Origin: Candidatus Sumerlaeia bacterium
Lineage (GTDB): Bacteria; Sumerlaeota; Sumerlaeia; SLMS01; JANRJK01
Reading direction: 5' to 3'
Assembly: GCA_033764015.1 (NCBI GenBank)
Contig: JANRJK010000014.1
Coordinates: 99,244-163,243, forward strand
Length of the DNA: 64,000 nucleotides
Position numbers and translations under genes: made by a program
Notes under the pieces: generated by a model
Told to the model about the DNA's origin: nothing
The model's database searches: none
What the model saw: the letters and a program-made list of their open reading frames with translations, nothing else
Shown: piece by piece, positions 48,383 to 57,600 of the stretch
Layout of the letters: every line of letters begins with the position of its first letter
Numbering within the stretch: the stretch's first letter is position 1

Positions 48383-49315
48383 ATGGACCGCTTCCCCGCG
48401 ACACCCGTTGATTCCAAATCCCCCCGCTTCGGCTCCGGAACAGGTTTCGCATCGGTGGCCTGCGCGGTAGTCCTTTGCATGGCGCCTCTCCCAAGCGCGG
48501 CGTCCGGACCAAATGGGGGTTCGAACACTTCGGAGGTGGAAGTCAACTCCGCAAGCGTCGCCGACGCGGTCGCTCGGCTCGCGAACTACGAGGCGACGTT
48601 CAAGTTTGAGAGGATTTCCCTGTCGCAGAGCGGTGCCGCCGTCGAGGTGGTTACCGGTACCGGAACATCTTTGCGGTTCGGGGAGTTCGTCCGGTCCGAG
48701 ACCCGCGTGAACATTTCCCGTAATGGCGGAGAGCCAATTCCCGCGCGAACCGTCACAATTATCGGTGAAGATGGCCTGACTCTTTGGTCTGACTCGATTG
48801 GGGTTCCCGGTGCTATCGGGTTCCGCCAAGTTTCTTCGGACGCAGCCGACTTTCGGGATGAGATGAAGGGTGCTCGTTCGACGGGCAACCTAGTCGACCC
48901 GCTTGATCGAGTCACCGGAGCTTGGTGGGGAAGTTTTTCCAGCCTGTTCCAACCGTCGCGTCTGGCTGGTCGGAAACAATCGACTGAGTTTGCCCCAGAT
49001 TCGGGCATTGCCAGCACCACACTTGAGTCGAAGACACACCCCGAGTCAAGAGTTGTGTTCGAGTGGCTCTCGGAATCACTTCATCTTCCCACGCAAGTGA
49101 TCGCGTCCGATCCGACTGGTGTGGTTGTTGACCAGCTCTCCGCCGAGTACTTTGAGGTAGCTGGTCTTGGAGTTTTCCCGAAACGGATTGTCGCCACAAC
49201 AACACACAGTTGTGACGACGATGGGCAGCACTGCGCGAGAATTGTTGAAACGATCGAGGTTCTCGCTGTGGATCCGGCACCCGCAATCACTCCAAACACC
49301 TTTGTTTGGCAGTAA
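48383..49315 (+). CDS. Exported hypothetical protein, possibly LolA-like fold
   Basis: GGAG RBS; signal-like segment; beta-rich pattern EWLSESLHLPTQV...GVFPKRI...ITPNTF; AT-richer codons. Confidence 0.7.
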   Translation: MDRFPATPVDSKSPRFGSGTGFASVACAVVLCMAPLPSAASGPNGGSNTSEVEVNSASVADAVARLANYEATFKFERISLSQSGAAVEVVTGTGTSLRFGEFVRSETRVNISRNGGEPIPARTVTIIGEDGLTLWSDSIGVPGAIGFRQVSSDAADFRDEMKGARSTGNLVDPLDRVTGAWWGSFSSLFQPSRLAGRKQSTEFAPDSGIASTTLESKTHPESRVVFEWLSESLHLPTQVIASDPTGVVVDQLSAEYFEVAGLGVFPKRIVATTTHSCDDDGQHCARIVETIEVLAVDPAPAITPNTFVWQ

Positions 49316-49384
49316 TCTATCGGCCCACGGTAGCTTGTGTTTTGACAGAACCCAAGACTAAAGTCCCAAGGAAGAGGTTCGCCG

Positions 49385-49807
49385 GTGTGATACCCTTCAC
49401 TCCTCGCTCTCCTGACTCTTTGCCTGACGATGGCATCGTGGGTTTCCTACTCGGACGCGTGGCTGGATTGCCGCTCCCAAGGCGCTCAGTACACAGAGTG
49501 CATCGGAGGGACTACCCAGGCCTCCGCAGCGTGCACAACAAGGGCTCAGAGCCAGTGCGTCAACTTTCAACAGGTGGTGGTCTACACATGGCACTTATCG
49601 GTCCAAAACGCGAATGGCTTCCGAATTGTTCCGAAGGCCACTCGCGTATGTGCTGAGACTTGGTCGTGCAAGTGGGCGTTCGACCAGGCCGATGAGATGT
49701 GGCGTTGTGTGCAATCTCAGGTGCTTGTCTCAGAGACCACCAACAGCGCTTGGCCCTCCAACATTGGAAACGCGATGTCCTGCGCGCCCCCTGTACCTGA
49801 GAAGTAG
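49385..49807 (+). pseudogene. Cys-rich exported small protein with a disrupted 5' end
   Basis: GAGGT RBS then GTG-TGA-YPSLLALLTLCLT in frame with the 125-aa ORF from 49430; 8 Cys in the mature part. Confidence 0.6.
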
Positions 49808-49962
49808 CTGATCGGTTTACCGGCAGCGCGAGGATGCGACTGCGGCTCCCGAATCCACAGTGGGGCATCGGTAGCCCCGAAGGTGTGACGTTCGGGGCGG
49901 CGGAAAGTCTCCTCTGGCCGAACGGCGCCTGAGTAGTGGGAACCGGGGGGCGGTACGGGGCT

Positions 49963-50032
49963 GGGGGCCTTCCGTGGGCGGGGCGCGGACGGCGCGCCGC
50001 GGCATGGTACACGCGGCGGGCGGATTGCTTCA
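49963..50032. repeat. 70-bp imperfect direct repeat, copy B
   Basis: Matches 48119-48188 with 5 substitutions. Confidence 0.9.
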
Positions 50033-50231
50033 CGCGTTGTGCAGCGCCGGAAGAGGCGTCTTGGGCTGCATGGGCTGGGGCGCTGCTGAAACTAAACGCA
50101 CTGACGATGTGAGTAAGTCGATTCTTTTGAGCTGCACACAAAAAACCCTTGCATGGAGCCTACTGGCGTGAGACGGACTCCTCCTTGCCTGCGGTTCGCC
50201 GCACAACTTGCACCTTCACGGGAAGTGGAAC

Positions 50232-51281
50232 ATGGAACCCTTTGCTGCTGCAATTCTGACCGGCTTTCTCATGAGTTCTGGCGCGCCTTGGACCTTCGCC
50301 GTGGCCGAGTTGCCCGCGAACGATCAGCGCCTGGCAGCGGAAGGGAGTGCCAGCGTTCCCGCGGGCCATGTTTATGAGTACGCGGTTGATCATGGGTTCG
50401 CGCGCGATTCGAGCGGCGAGCCGCTCGCGGTTAAGCGCACGCTGAAGGTGACGCGAACGGATCGCGACCTGATCGTCCGCTCTACTCAGATCAGCGCATC
50501 GTCCGATCCCGCGAATGCACGCGTGGCCCCGACGCACGAGTACTTCCTTTATCGCGATGGCTCCATGATCGGAAACCTCGCCGGCGGAGTGTACACGCCG
50601 TTCCCGAAGAATCTGGGCCTAGGCGATTTCATCCCGCCGTTCAGCGTGTTGGGGAGCGAGATGCCCGGGGCCGAGCGGATCGTGTTTCCCGGGGAATCGC
50701 CGCGTTTCGACCCGGACCGTGCGCTGGCTTTCACGGTGGCGGAGGAGGCGGACTCCACGGTGTATCTGATCAAGGGTGAATCCACGGTGGAGAGGGAAGG
50801 ATTCAAGACCTACCGCGCCTCGTTCGAGCGCCGCTCGCCAACGCACGGCACCGTGACCGCGTCGGGATGGGGAGTCGGGATTCTTTGGGATGGAGGGAAT
50901 GGGATCACGTTCCTACCCTACACCGTGATGGAGGCGTCGGACAGCGATCCGACCGCCCCCGGGTTCGAATTGGTGGTGCGGTCCTTTTCGCCTGATGTGG
51001 GTATCGCGAGTGTTCGCGATGGGGACGAGCTGCGCGCACGACTGGATGGCTACATTGCACCCGAGAAGTCCCGGACAACCTACCGGCTCACGGAGTACCG
51101 CCCCGTCGATCCCGATAAGGATGTGGTCTCGGTCGAGCAAGTTGCGGAGAAGGCTTGGAGTGTGAAGACGGACAGCAAGCAACGCCGATCTGTACCTGCG
51201 TTTGTCGAGTCGAAGTCGGGCGATCTGGTCCGCGTTCTCGCGTTCGACGCAGAGACGCTGGAGTTCGTCCCCGCGAAGTGA
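50232..51281 (+). CDS. Exported hypothetical protein
   Basis: Long ORF with signal-like N-terminus MEPFAAAILTGFLMSSGAPWTFAVA; no family recognised. Confidence 0.7.
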   Translation: MEPFAAAILTGFLMSSGAPWTFAVAELPANDQRLAAEGSASVPAGHVYEYAVDHGFARDSSGEPLAVKRTLKVTRTDRDLIVRSTQISASSDPANARVAPTHEYFLYRDGSMIGNLAGGVYTPFPKNLGLGDFIPPFSVLGSEMPGAERIVFPGESPRFDPDRALAFTVAEEADSTVYLIKGESTVEREGFKTYRASFERRSPTHGTVTASGWGVGILWDGGNGITFLPYTVMEASDSDPTAPGFELVVRSFSPDVGIASVRDGDELRARLDGYIAPEKSRTTYRLTEYRPVDPDKDVVSVEQVAEKAWSVKTDSKQRRSVPAFVESKSGDLVRVLAFDAETLEFVPAK

Positions 51282-51315
51282 CCACACCGCTTCGATTGCA
51301 CTCGAAGTGAATCAC

Positions 51316-51347
51316 CGGGGGCGGCTTCCAATCGGAAGCCGCCCCCG
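51316..51347. terminator. Stem-loop between convergent genes
   Basis: Perfect 14-bp stem CGGGGGCGGCTTCC / GGAAGCCGCCCCCG, loop AATC. Confidence 0.7.
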
Positions 51348-51364
51348 ACGTGTTTGGGGACTTC

Positions 51365-53194
51365 TTACGGCCTCGCTTCGAGCTTCACCGGCAGCGTGGT
51401 TTCCTTGCCGTCGCGGAGCACGACCGCATCGACGGTTTCGCCGATCTCGAGCGATTCGAGGGCGATCATGAGGTCGTACATCGCGGTGACGTCGAACTTG
51501 CCGAGCTTGACGACGCGGTCGCCGGCCTTGAGGCCCGCCTTGCCGGCGGGGCCGTCCTCGGCGACGGAGGCGAGGGCGAGGCCCTTGCCCTCGGCGGCGG
51601 CGTAGTCGGGCACGATGCCCAGGTAGGCGCGCTCGCTGGTGCGCCCCGGGATCAGGCCCGCGCGGCGGTACTGCTCGAAGGGCATCGCCTCGCCGCGGTG
51701 GGCGAGTTCCATGGCGAGCGCGGCGGCGTAGCGCCCCGAGCGCAACACGCCCTCGTAGTTGACGAGGTCCGCGGTGTCCGCCGGGCGGTGGTACTGCTCG
51801 TGGAGGCCGGTGAAGAACTGGAGCGCGGGGACGCCGCCGCGGTAGAACGCCGCGGAGTCCGTCGGCACGTTCGGGTTCTTCGAGTAGGTGAGGTCGAGTT
51901 CGAACGCCTCGTTCGTCTTGTCGAGGACCTTCTCCCACTCCGGACTGCTGCCGGTGCCCTGGATCAGCAGCTCGGTCTCCTTCATGCGCCCGACCATGTC
52001 GAGGTTCACGTAGGCGTAGAGCTGCTCCGTGGGGACGACGTCGTTGGCGACGTAGTGCTCGGCGCCGAGGAGGCCGAGCTCCTCGCCGGACCAGAAGCCG
52101 ACGTAGACGGGGCGGGGGCGGACCGGGTACTGCTCGGCGATGGTGCGCATGGCCTCGAGCACGGCGGTGGTGCCGCTGGCGTTGTCGTCGGCGCCGTAGT
52201 GGATCTCGCCCTTGCCGACCATCGCGGCGAGGGAACCGCCGAGTTCGCCGCGTCCCAGGTGGTCGTAGTGGGCGCCCAGCATGGGGCCTTCGGGACCGGC
52301 GCCTTCTACGGTGGCGGGGAGCATGGCGAGCACGTTGTGGCCGGTGATGCGGCGGCGGTCGAGGTTCACGCCGAGCTTGATCGAGACGCCCTCGAGGTTG
52401 AATCCGGCGGGCGCTTCGGGGGTGTCGAAGGCGGTCTGCACATCCTTGGCGGTCTTGCCGATGTGGGCGAAGAGCGCTTCGGCGCCGTCGCCGCTGACGG
52501 ACCCGACGATGATGTCGTCCTCGTCCGAGTCGCCGCCGGAGAAGGGGAGGAGGCGGCCGGCGTTGTCGGAGTTGGGGCCGCCGAACATGATGATGGCGGC
52601 GGCGCCGGCGTCGCGGGCCGCCTCGACCTTCCGGTCGAAGGTGGCGTAGCGCATCAGCTCCTCGCGCGTCTTCTCCTCGATGCCCTCGGGCGCGTAGCGC
52701 ATGACGAGGACCGCCTTCCCCTTCACATCGAGGCCCGCGTAGCTGTCGTACTGGAGGTCGTTCTCCTCCGGGAGCGTGAGGCCGTAGCCGGCGAAGACCA
52801 GTTCGCCGGAGTAGTCGCCGTTGCCGGAGTAGCCCATGGGGCGGAACTTCTCGCCGAGCTTGAACGCGACGGGGGCCCCGTCCGGTCCAGTGACGGTGAG
52901 CTCCGTGCCGCCCTCCTTGGCGACCTCGACGCCGCGGGTGAAGTCGAAGGGCTGGAGGAAGTTGTCCATGCCGGGGAGCGGCTCGGCGCCGATCTTCCCG
53001 AGCTCCGCGACGAGGTACTCCGCGGCGAGGCGCTCGCCCTCGGTGCCGGTGAGGCGGCCTTCGAGCTTCTCGCTGGCGAGGTACTGGAGGTCGGCGGTGA
53101 CGCGCTCGAGGGAGGCGTGTGCCGGGAGGATCGCGGCGGCGAGCGCGAGGGCGGCGGCGAATGCGCGGAGGCGCGCGGGCAGGGTGCGGCGCAT
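51365..53194 (-). CDS. Exported M28 peptidase with PA and PDZ domains
   Basis: Signal peptide; LEGRLTG, FAGYG, GAHYDHLG, GADDNASG, SGEELGLLG, NLDMVGR, YHRPAD; C-terminal YLGIVPD...GPAGKAGLKAGD. Confidence 0.93.
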   Translation of the reverse strand: MRRTLPARLRAFAAALALAAAILPAHASLERVTADLQYLASEKLEGRLTGTEGERLAAEYLVAELGKIGAEPLPGMDNFLQPFDFTRGVEVAKEGGTELTVTGPDGAPVAFKLGEKFRPMGYSGNGDYSGELVFAGYGLTLPEENDLQYDSYAGLDVKGKAVLVMRYAPEGIEEKTREELMRYATFDRKVEAARDAGAAAIIMFGGPNSDNAGRLLPFSGGDSDEDDIIVGSVSGDGAEALFAHIGKTAKDVQTAFDTPEAPAGFNLEGVSIKLGVNLDRRRITGHNVLAMLPATVEGAGPEGPMLGAHYDHLGRGELGGSLAAMVGKGEIHYGADDNASGTTAVLEAMRTIAEQYPVRPRPVYVGFWSGEELGLLGAEHYVANDVVPTEQLYAYVNLDMVGRMKETELLIQGTGSSPEWEKVLDKTNEAFELDLTYSKNPNVPTDSAAFYRGGVPALQFFTGLHEQYHRPADTADLVNYEGVLRSGRYAAALAMELAHRGEAMPFEQYRRAGLIPGRTSERAYLGIVPDYAAAEGKGLALASVAEDGPAGKAGLKAGDRVVKLGKFDVTAMYDLMIALESLEIGETVDAVVLRDGKETTLPVKLEARP

Positions 53195-53404
53195 TAAGGG
53201 GTCCTTCGGGGATGGCGCGCGGGGTGCGGCGCCGGATGGCCCCGCCGGGCTGCGGGCGGGGCTCCGCGGGATGCTGCGGCAAAGGAGATACGGACTCACC
53301 GGAAAAATCTGCATCGGCATTGGTTTTCGGCTTGCGGCAAGCGGGGAGTAACAGGATAGCCCTTGTCGCGTTACGGGCACATCCAAACGCGAGCTCCATT
53401 GTCC

Positions 53405-54961
53405 ATGTCGATCCTCGACCACCTGAAGGCCCCGAAGAAGAAGAAGATCCACGTCACCGAGCTGCTGCTCCGCGACGCGCACCAGTCGCTGTTGGCGACC
53501 CGGATGCGGCTCGAGGACATGCTGCCGATCTGCGAGCAGCTCGACAAGGTGGGCTACCACTCGCTCGAGGTGTGGGGCGGCGCGACGTTCGACTCGTGCC
53601 TGCGCTTCCTGGACGAGGACCCCTGGGTGCGGCTGCGCGAGCTGAAGAAGGCGCTGCCGAAGACGCCGCTGCAGATGCTGCTCCGCGGCCAGAACATCCT
53701 CGGCTACCGGCACTACGCGGACGACGTGGTCGAGCGGTTCGTCCACAAGTCGATCGAGTACGGGATGAACATCTTCCGCACCTTCGACGCGCTGAACGAC
53801 CTGCGGAACATCGAGAAGGCCGTTAAGTGCGTGCTGAAGGGCGGCGGCCATGCGCAGGGCGCGATCTGCTACACGATGTCGCCGGTGCACACGCTGGACC
53901 TCTTCGTCGAGCAGGGCCGGCAGCTCGAGTCGATGGGCTGCCAGTCGATCGTGATCAAGGACATGGCGGCGCTGCTCTGCCCGGTGCCGGCGTACCAGTT
54001 GGTGAAGGCGCTGAAGGCGGCGGTGAAGATCCCTGTGCACGTGCACACGCACTCGACCACCGGCGTCGCGCCGATGGTGCTGGTGCGCGCGGTGGACGCG
54101 GGGGCGGACGGCGTGGACACGGCGATCAGCACGCTTTCCGGCGGCTCGGGCCATGTGGCGACGGAGGCGCTGGTGGAGACGCTGGCGGGCACCGACTACG
54201 ACACGGGGCTTAAGCAGGAGGACATGGCGCCGATCGCGGAGTACGTCCGCAAGATCCGCCCGAAGTACAAGGAGTTCGAGACGAACTTTTCCGGCTCGGA
54301 CACGCGCATCTTCCTGAGCCAGATTCCCGGCGGCATGATCTCGAACCTCGAGTCGCAGCTCAAGCAGATGGGCGCGCTCGACAAGCTGGACGAGGTGATG
54401 CACGAGATCCCGAAGGTCCGCGCGGAGATGGGCTTCATCCCGCTGGTGACGCCCACGTCGCAGATCGTCGGCACCCAAGCGGTCTTCAACGTGATCATGA
54501 AGGAGCGCTACAAGACCGTCCCCGCCGAGTCGCGGGACGTCTTCGCCGGCAAGTACGGCAAGCCGCCGATCCCGGTCGACAAGGACATCCAGAAGAAGGT
54601 GCTCGGCGACGATAAGCCGATCACTTGCCGCCCGGCGGACCTGATCCCGAACGAGTTCGACAAGCTGCGCGCGGAGATCGCGGACCGGACGACGGACGAG
54701 GACCAGGTGCTCTCCTACGCGCTGTTCCCGAAGGTGTGGCCGGAGTTCTGGAAGAAGAAGACGTCGCCGCCGGCGCCCGCCGCGGAGGCGAAGCCCGCCG
54801 CCGCGCCCGCGCCGGCTCCCGCCGCCCCCGCGCCCGCCGCGGCTCCCGCCAACGGGAACGCCGCCCCGGTTCGCCAGGCCACGCTGGAGCCGGGACGCCG
54901 CATGGCGCTCCGCCTCAAGGTGGGCGGACGCGTGTACGACTCCACCGTCGAGGTGGTCTGA
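53405..54961 (+). CDS. Pyruvate/oxaloacetate carboxyltransferase (PycB/OadA/transcarboxylase 5S-like) without a biotinyl domain
   Basis: RDAHQSLLATR, WGGATFD, EDPW, MLLRGQN, IKDMA, HVHTH, PLVTPTSQIVG; no AMKM motif. Confidence 0.92.
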   Translation: MSILDHLKAPKKKKIHVTELLLRDAHQSLLATRMRLEDMLPICEQLDKVGYHSLEVWGGATFDSCLRFLDEDPWVRLRELKKALPKTPLQMLLRGQNILGYRHYADDVVERFVHKSIEYGMNIFRTFDALNDLRNIEKAVKCVLKGGGHAQGAICYTMSPVHTLDLFVEQGRQLESMGCQSIVIKDMAALLCPVPAYQLVKALKAAVKIPVHVHTHSTTGVAPMVLVRAVDAGADGVDTAISTLSGGSGHVATEALVETLAGTDYDTGLKQEDMAPIAEYVRKIRPKYKEFETNFSGSDTRIFLSQIPGGMISNLESQLKQMGALDKLDEVMHEIPKVRAEMGFIPLVTPTSQIVGTQAVFNVIMKERYKTVPAESRDVFAGKYGKPPIPVDKDIQKKVLGDDKPITCRPADLIPNEFDKLRAEIADRTTDEDQVLSYALFPKVWPEFWKKKTSPPAPAAEAKPAAAPAPAPAAPAPAAAPANGNAAPVRQATLEPGRRMALRLKVGGRVYDSTVEVV

Positions 54962-55000
54962 CAAAGCTTCATCACAATGCGGTGGTCACACACCGTGGGG

Positions 55001-55042
55001 TGAAGGGCCGGGATCTTGGGGGGTCCCGGCCCTTCAGTTTTT
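55001..55042 (+). terminator. Rho-independent terminator
   Basis: TGAAGGGCCGGGA / TCCCGGCCCTTCA stem followed by GTTTTT. Confidence 0.75.
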
Positions 55043-57163
55043 GGAGGGCTCGCCGGGGACGAACGGGTCGGGATGGGCGCCCTGCCCGATGGGGGGTAGG
55101 CGCTCGGGCCATTCGTACAGCACGTAGTCGCCCGCGCGGCCTGCGGGCCAGCCGAGCCGGCGCACCGTGCGCGCCAGGAGCCCGAGGCCGTCGCGGTAGC
55201 GCTCGATGCGCGCGCGCGCCGCGGGGTCGCGCTCGTTCATGAGCATTCCATCGAGGCTGTTCAGCGTGCCTGCCAGCCCGGGGGACGCGACGATGAGGTA
55301 GTCCGGCCGCTCGGTTTCCGAGAGGCGCGCGAAGACGGTCTCCTCGCGGTCGCACTCGGCGGCGAGGAGCGCGGTCCCCGCCGCTTGCTGGATCGCCCAC
55401 TGCCGCAGTTCGATCCCCTGCGCGAGCGCGTAGTAGGAGCGGCTTTCGAGAAGCAGCAGGACGCGCGGCGCGCGCCGGTGTTCGCGGCGGAAGGCGCCGG
55501 CGCGGTGCTCCAGCAGCTCCGGCAGGCCGATCCGCGTGCGCACGAAGTCGCGCGCGGACAGGAGGCCGAATTGGTAGGCCAGCGTGGAGGGGGCGACGTA
55601 GCCCTTCACCGCGACGGCGATGCCGAGCGAGCGCGCGGGGTCGATGAGCGCCAGCGCCACCGCCACCGCGGAGGCGGCCCCCGACACGCCGGGCAGCCGG
55701 CGCCGCAGCCAGCGCGCGAGCCAGGCGAGTTGGACCGCCGCCAACACGCAGGCGAACGGCCAGGCGGGCGAAAGCAGGCGGACCTGCTGCGAACCGAGCG
55801 CCCATACGGCGAACCCCGCCCACCAGAGGAAGCAGAGCGCGCGGAGCCGCGGGGACGAGACGGCTCCCAGCACCGGCAGCGAAAGCAGCGGCACCGCCAG
55901 CGGCAGCTCGAAATCGAAGGGCGTCCCGGCCTCGACGGTGCCGGTGGCGAGCCGCGGCAGCAGGAGCAGGTAGTCGAGCGGCTCGCGCCCGTTGCCGATC
56001 GTCGAGAGCCACGACATCATCAAGGCGTGCTGCTCCGTCGACCAGCCCGGGGTCGGGAACCACGCGCCGAGGAACGGATACACCGGGTTGCCGGTGCCGA
56101 GGAGGTTGCGCAGGTGCCACATGGCGAACGCCGCGAGGCAGCCCGCGGCGAAGGCGGGGCCGCCGCGCAGCGCCGCTCCGCGCAGGCGCCGGAGCGCCAC
56201 CGCCGCAAGCAGCAGCAGGAGCGGGCCGCCGGTGTATTTGGCCCCCGGCAGGTGGAATCCGGCGACCAGGCCGAGGAGCACCCAGGCGCGCCAACCGGGC
56301 GGCGAGCGGAAGAGGACTGCGCGAGCGGCGAGCAGCGAGCCCAGCGCGATGGTGACGTCGTTCTGCACATGGGCGAGTTCGTGGAACATCATCGGCATGG
56401 CGTAGAAGAAGAACGGCGCGACGATGGACAGGCGGCCCGCCCCGAGGCGCGCCGCCATGGCGGCGAGGGCCAGCGCCAGGGCGCCCCCGTGCAGCCACTG
56501 CACCGTGCGCGCGACCGCGGCGTCGCCGAGTTCGAGCGCGAGCGACTGGAGCGCCACGGTGCCCATGGGGAACCAGGACTGCAGGACGCCGGGCAGCTCC
56601 GCGCGCCACCCGTGGGCGGGCAGTCGCTCCGCCATCGGCAGGTGGTACATCAGCTCGTCCCAGGACATCGGCGGGGAGAGCGCCTCCCAGAAGCGGAGCA
56701 CGAAGAGCGCCGCCAGCAGCGCCGCGCCCGCGAAGGCGACGCGCCCCGCGCGGCGGGCGGGCCCGGCGAGCGCGCGCAGGAGGCGGGGCAGCTCGGCGGC
56801 CGTGAACCACGCCCCGAGCCAGAGCACCGCGAGCGCCAGCCGCCACGCCGCGCCGCGGAGGCCGTCCGGCAGCAGCGCCGCCCAGCCGAAGAAGGCGCCG
56901 AAGAGGGCGCTGCCGGCTCCGACGGCCCAAGCGGCGCGCTCCCACGGGTGGCCGACCCTCCACCCCGCCCATGCCAGCGCCGCGCGCCCCCACCCCGCCA
57001 CACCAAGCGCGAACACGACGCCCTGCAGCGCCCGGGCCAAAGTGCGCACGTACTGCCACGGCCCGGGCGGCTCGTCGTAAACCGCGCCCTCCCCCAGCCA
57101 CGCCCACGCGCAAACGGAAAGCGCCAGCAGCAGCAGGGAGGGAAGGCGAGCGCTCAGGCGCAC
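55034..57163 (-). CDS. Polytopic membrane protein, probable GT-C glycosyltransferase
   Basis: WDELMYHLP, AKYTG, GTGNPVYPF, QQVRLL motifs; many TMs. Confidence 0.7.
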   Translation of the reverse strand: MRLSARLPSLLLLALSVCAWAWLGEGAVYDEPPGPWQYVRTLARALQGVVFALGVAGWGRAALAWAGWRVGHPWERAAWAVGAGSALFGAFFGWAALLPDGLRGAAWRLALAVLWLGAWFTAAELPRLLRALAGPARRAGRVAFAGAALLAALFVLRFWEALSPPMSWDELMYHLPMAERLPAHGWRAELPGVLQSWFPMGTVALQSLALELGDAAVARTVQWLHGGALALALAAMAARLGAGRLSIVAPFFFYAMPMMFHELAHVQNDVTIALGSLLAARAVLFRSPPGWRAWVLLGLVAGFHLPGAKYTGGPLLLLLAAVALRRLRGAALRGGPAFAAGCLAAFAMWHLRNLLGTGNPVYPFLGAWFPTPGWSTEQHALMMSWLSTIGNGREPLDYLLLLPRLATGTVEAGTPFDFELPLAVPLLSLPVLGAVSSPRLRALCFLWWAGFAVWALGSQQVRLLSPAWPFACVLAAVQLAWLARWLRRRLPGVSGAASAVAVALALIDPARSLGIAVAVKGYVAPSTLAYQFGLLSARDFVRTRIGLPELLEHRAGAFRREHRRAPRVLLLLESRSYYALAQGIELRQWAIQQAAGTALLAAECDREETVFARLSETERPDYLIVASPGLAGTLNSLDGMLMNERDPAARARIERYRDGLGLLARTVRRLGWPAGRAGDYVLYEWPERLPPIGQGAHPDPFVPGEPSKN

Positions 57164-57182
57164 GATGGTAGGTGGGCGGCCC

Positions 57183-57464
57183 TCAGAGCCATTCGAGCTG
57201 CCACTCGCCGAGGACGAAGTCGCTGTCGCGTTCGAGGGTTTCGGCGATGGCGCGTTCGGTGGCTTCCGCGACTTCCTTCTGGAGGCTCAGGGTGACGACG
57301 GAGATTTCGGCGTCGTGCCAGAGGTCGTGGTGGTCGCTTTCGGCGATGGCGATGTTGTGGCGGCTTTGGAGCGCGGCGATGAGGCGTTTGAGGTGGCCGC
57401 GCTTTTCCTTGAGGCTTTGGGCGTGTTCGAGTCGGAGGTGGTAGCGGGCGAGGAGGATGTGCAT
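57183..57464 (-). CDS. DUF503 (YlxP-like) protein
   Basis: SLKEKR...NIAIAESDHHDLW signature. Confidence 0.85.
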   Translation of the reverse strand: MHILLARYHLRLEHAQSLKEKRGHLKRLIAALQSRHNIAIAESDHHDLWHDAEISVVTLSLQKEVAEATERAIAETLERDSDFVLGEWQLEWL

Positions 57465-57492
57465 CGGCGCCGTGCTCGCGGAGGGGTTTGGG

Positions 57493-57539
57493 AGAAAAGC
57501 AAACTCCCCGTCCGGACACGGGGTCGAACGGGGAGTTTG
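57493..57539 (-). terminator. Rho-independent terminator after the small basic gene
   Basis: CAAACTCCCCGT / ACGGGGAGTTTG stem followed on the minus strand by CTTTTCT. Confidence 0.75.
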
Positions 57540-57600
57540 GCGTTGGCGCTTGCTGGCCGGGATACGACAGGCGGTGATGGGCTGTCGCGGCTTCCCGCGA

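Noticed and set aside
49808..49960. Integron attC site or IS end after the Cys-rich gene
   Set aside because: A GCCCCGAA/TTCGGGGC hairpin exists, but there are no RYYYAAC/GTTRRRY boxes, terminal inverted repeats, integrase or transposase
53321..53336. Sigma54-like TGG-N8-TTGC upstream of the carboxyltransferase
   Set aside because: Lacks the CAC after GG; could easily occur by chance
54770..54850. GCC/CCC-rich quasi-repeats
   Set aside because: Explained by the Ala/Pro linker codons; not a CRISPR or DNA repeat element
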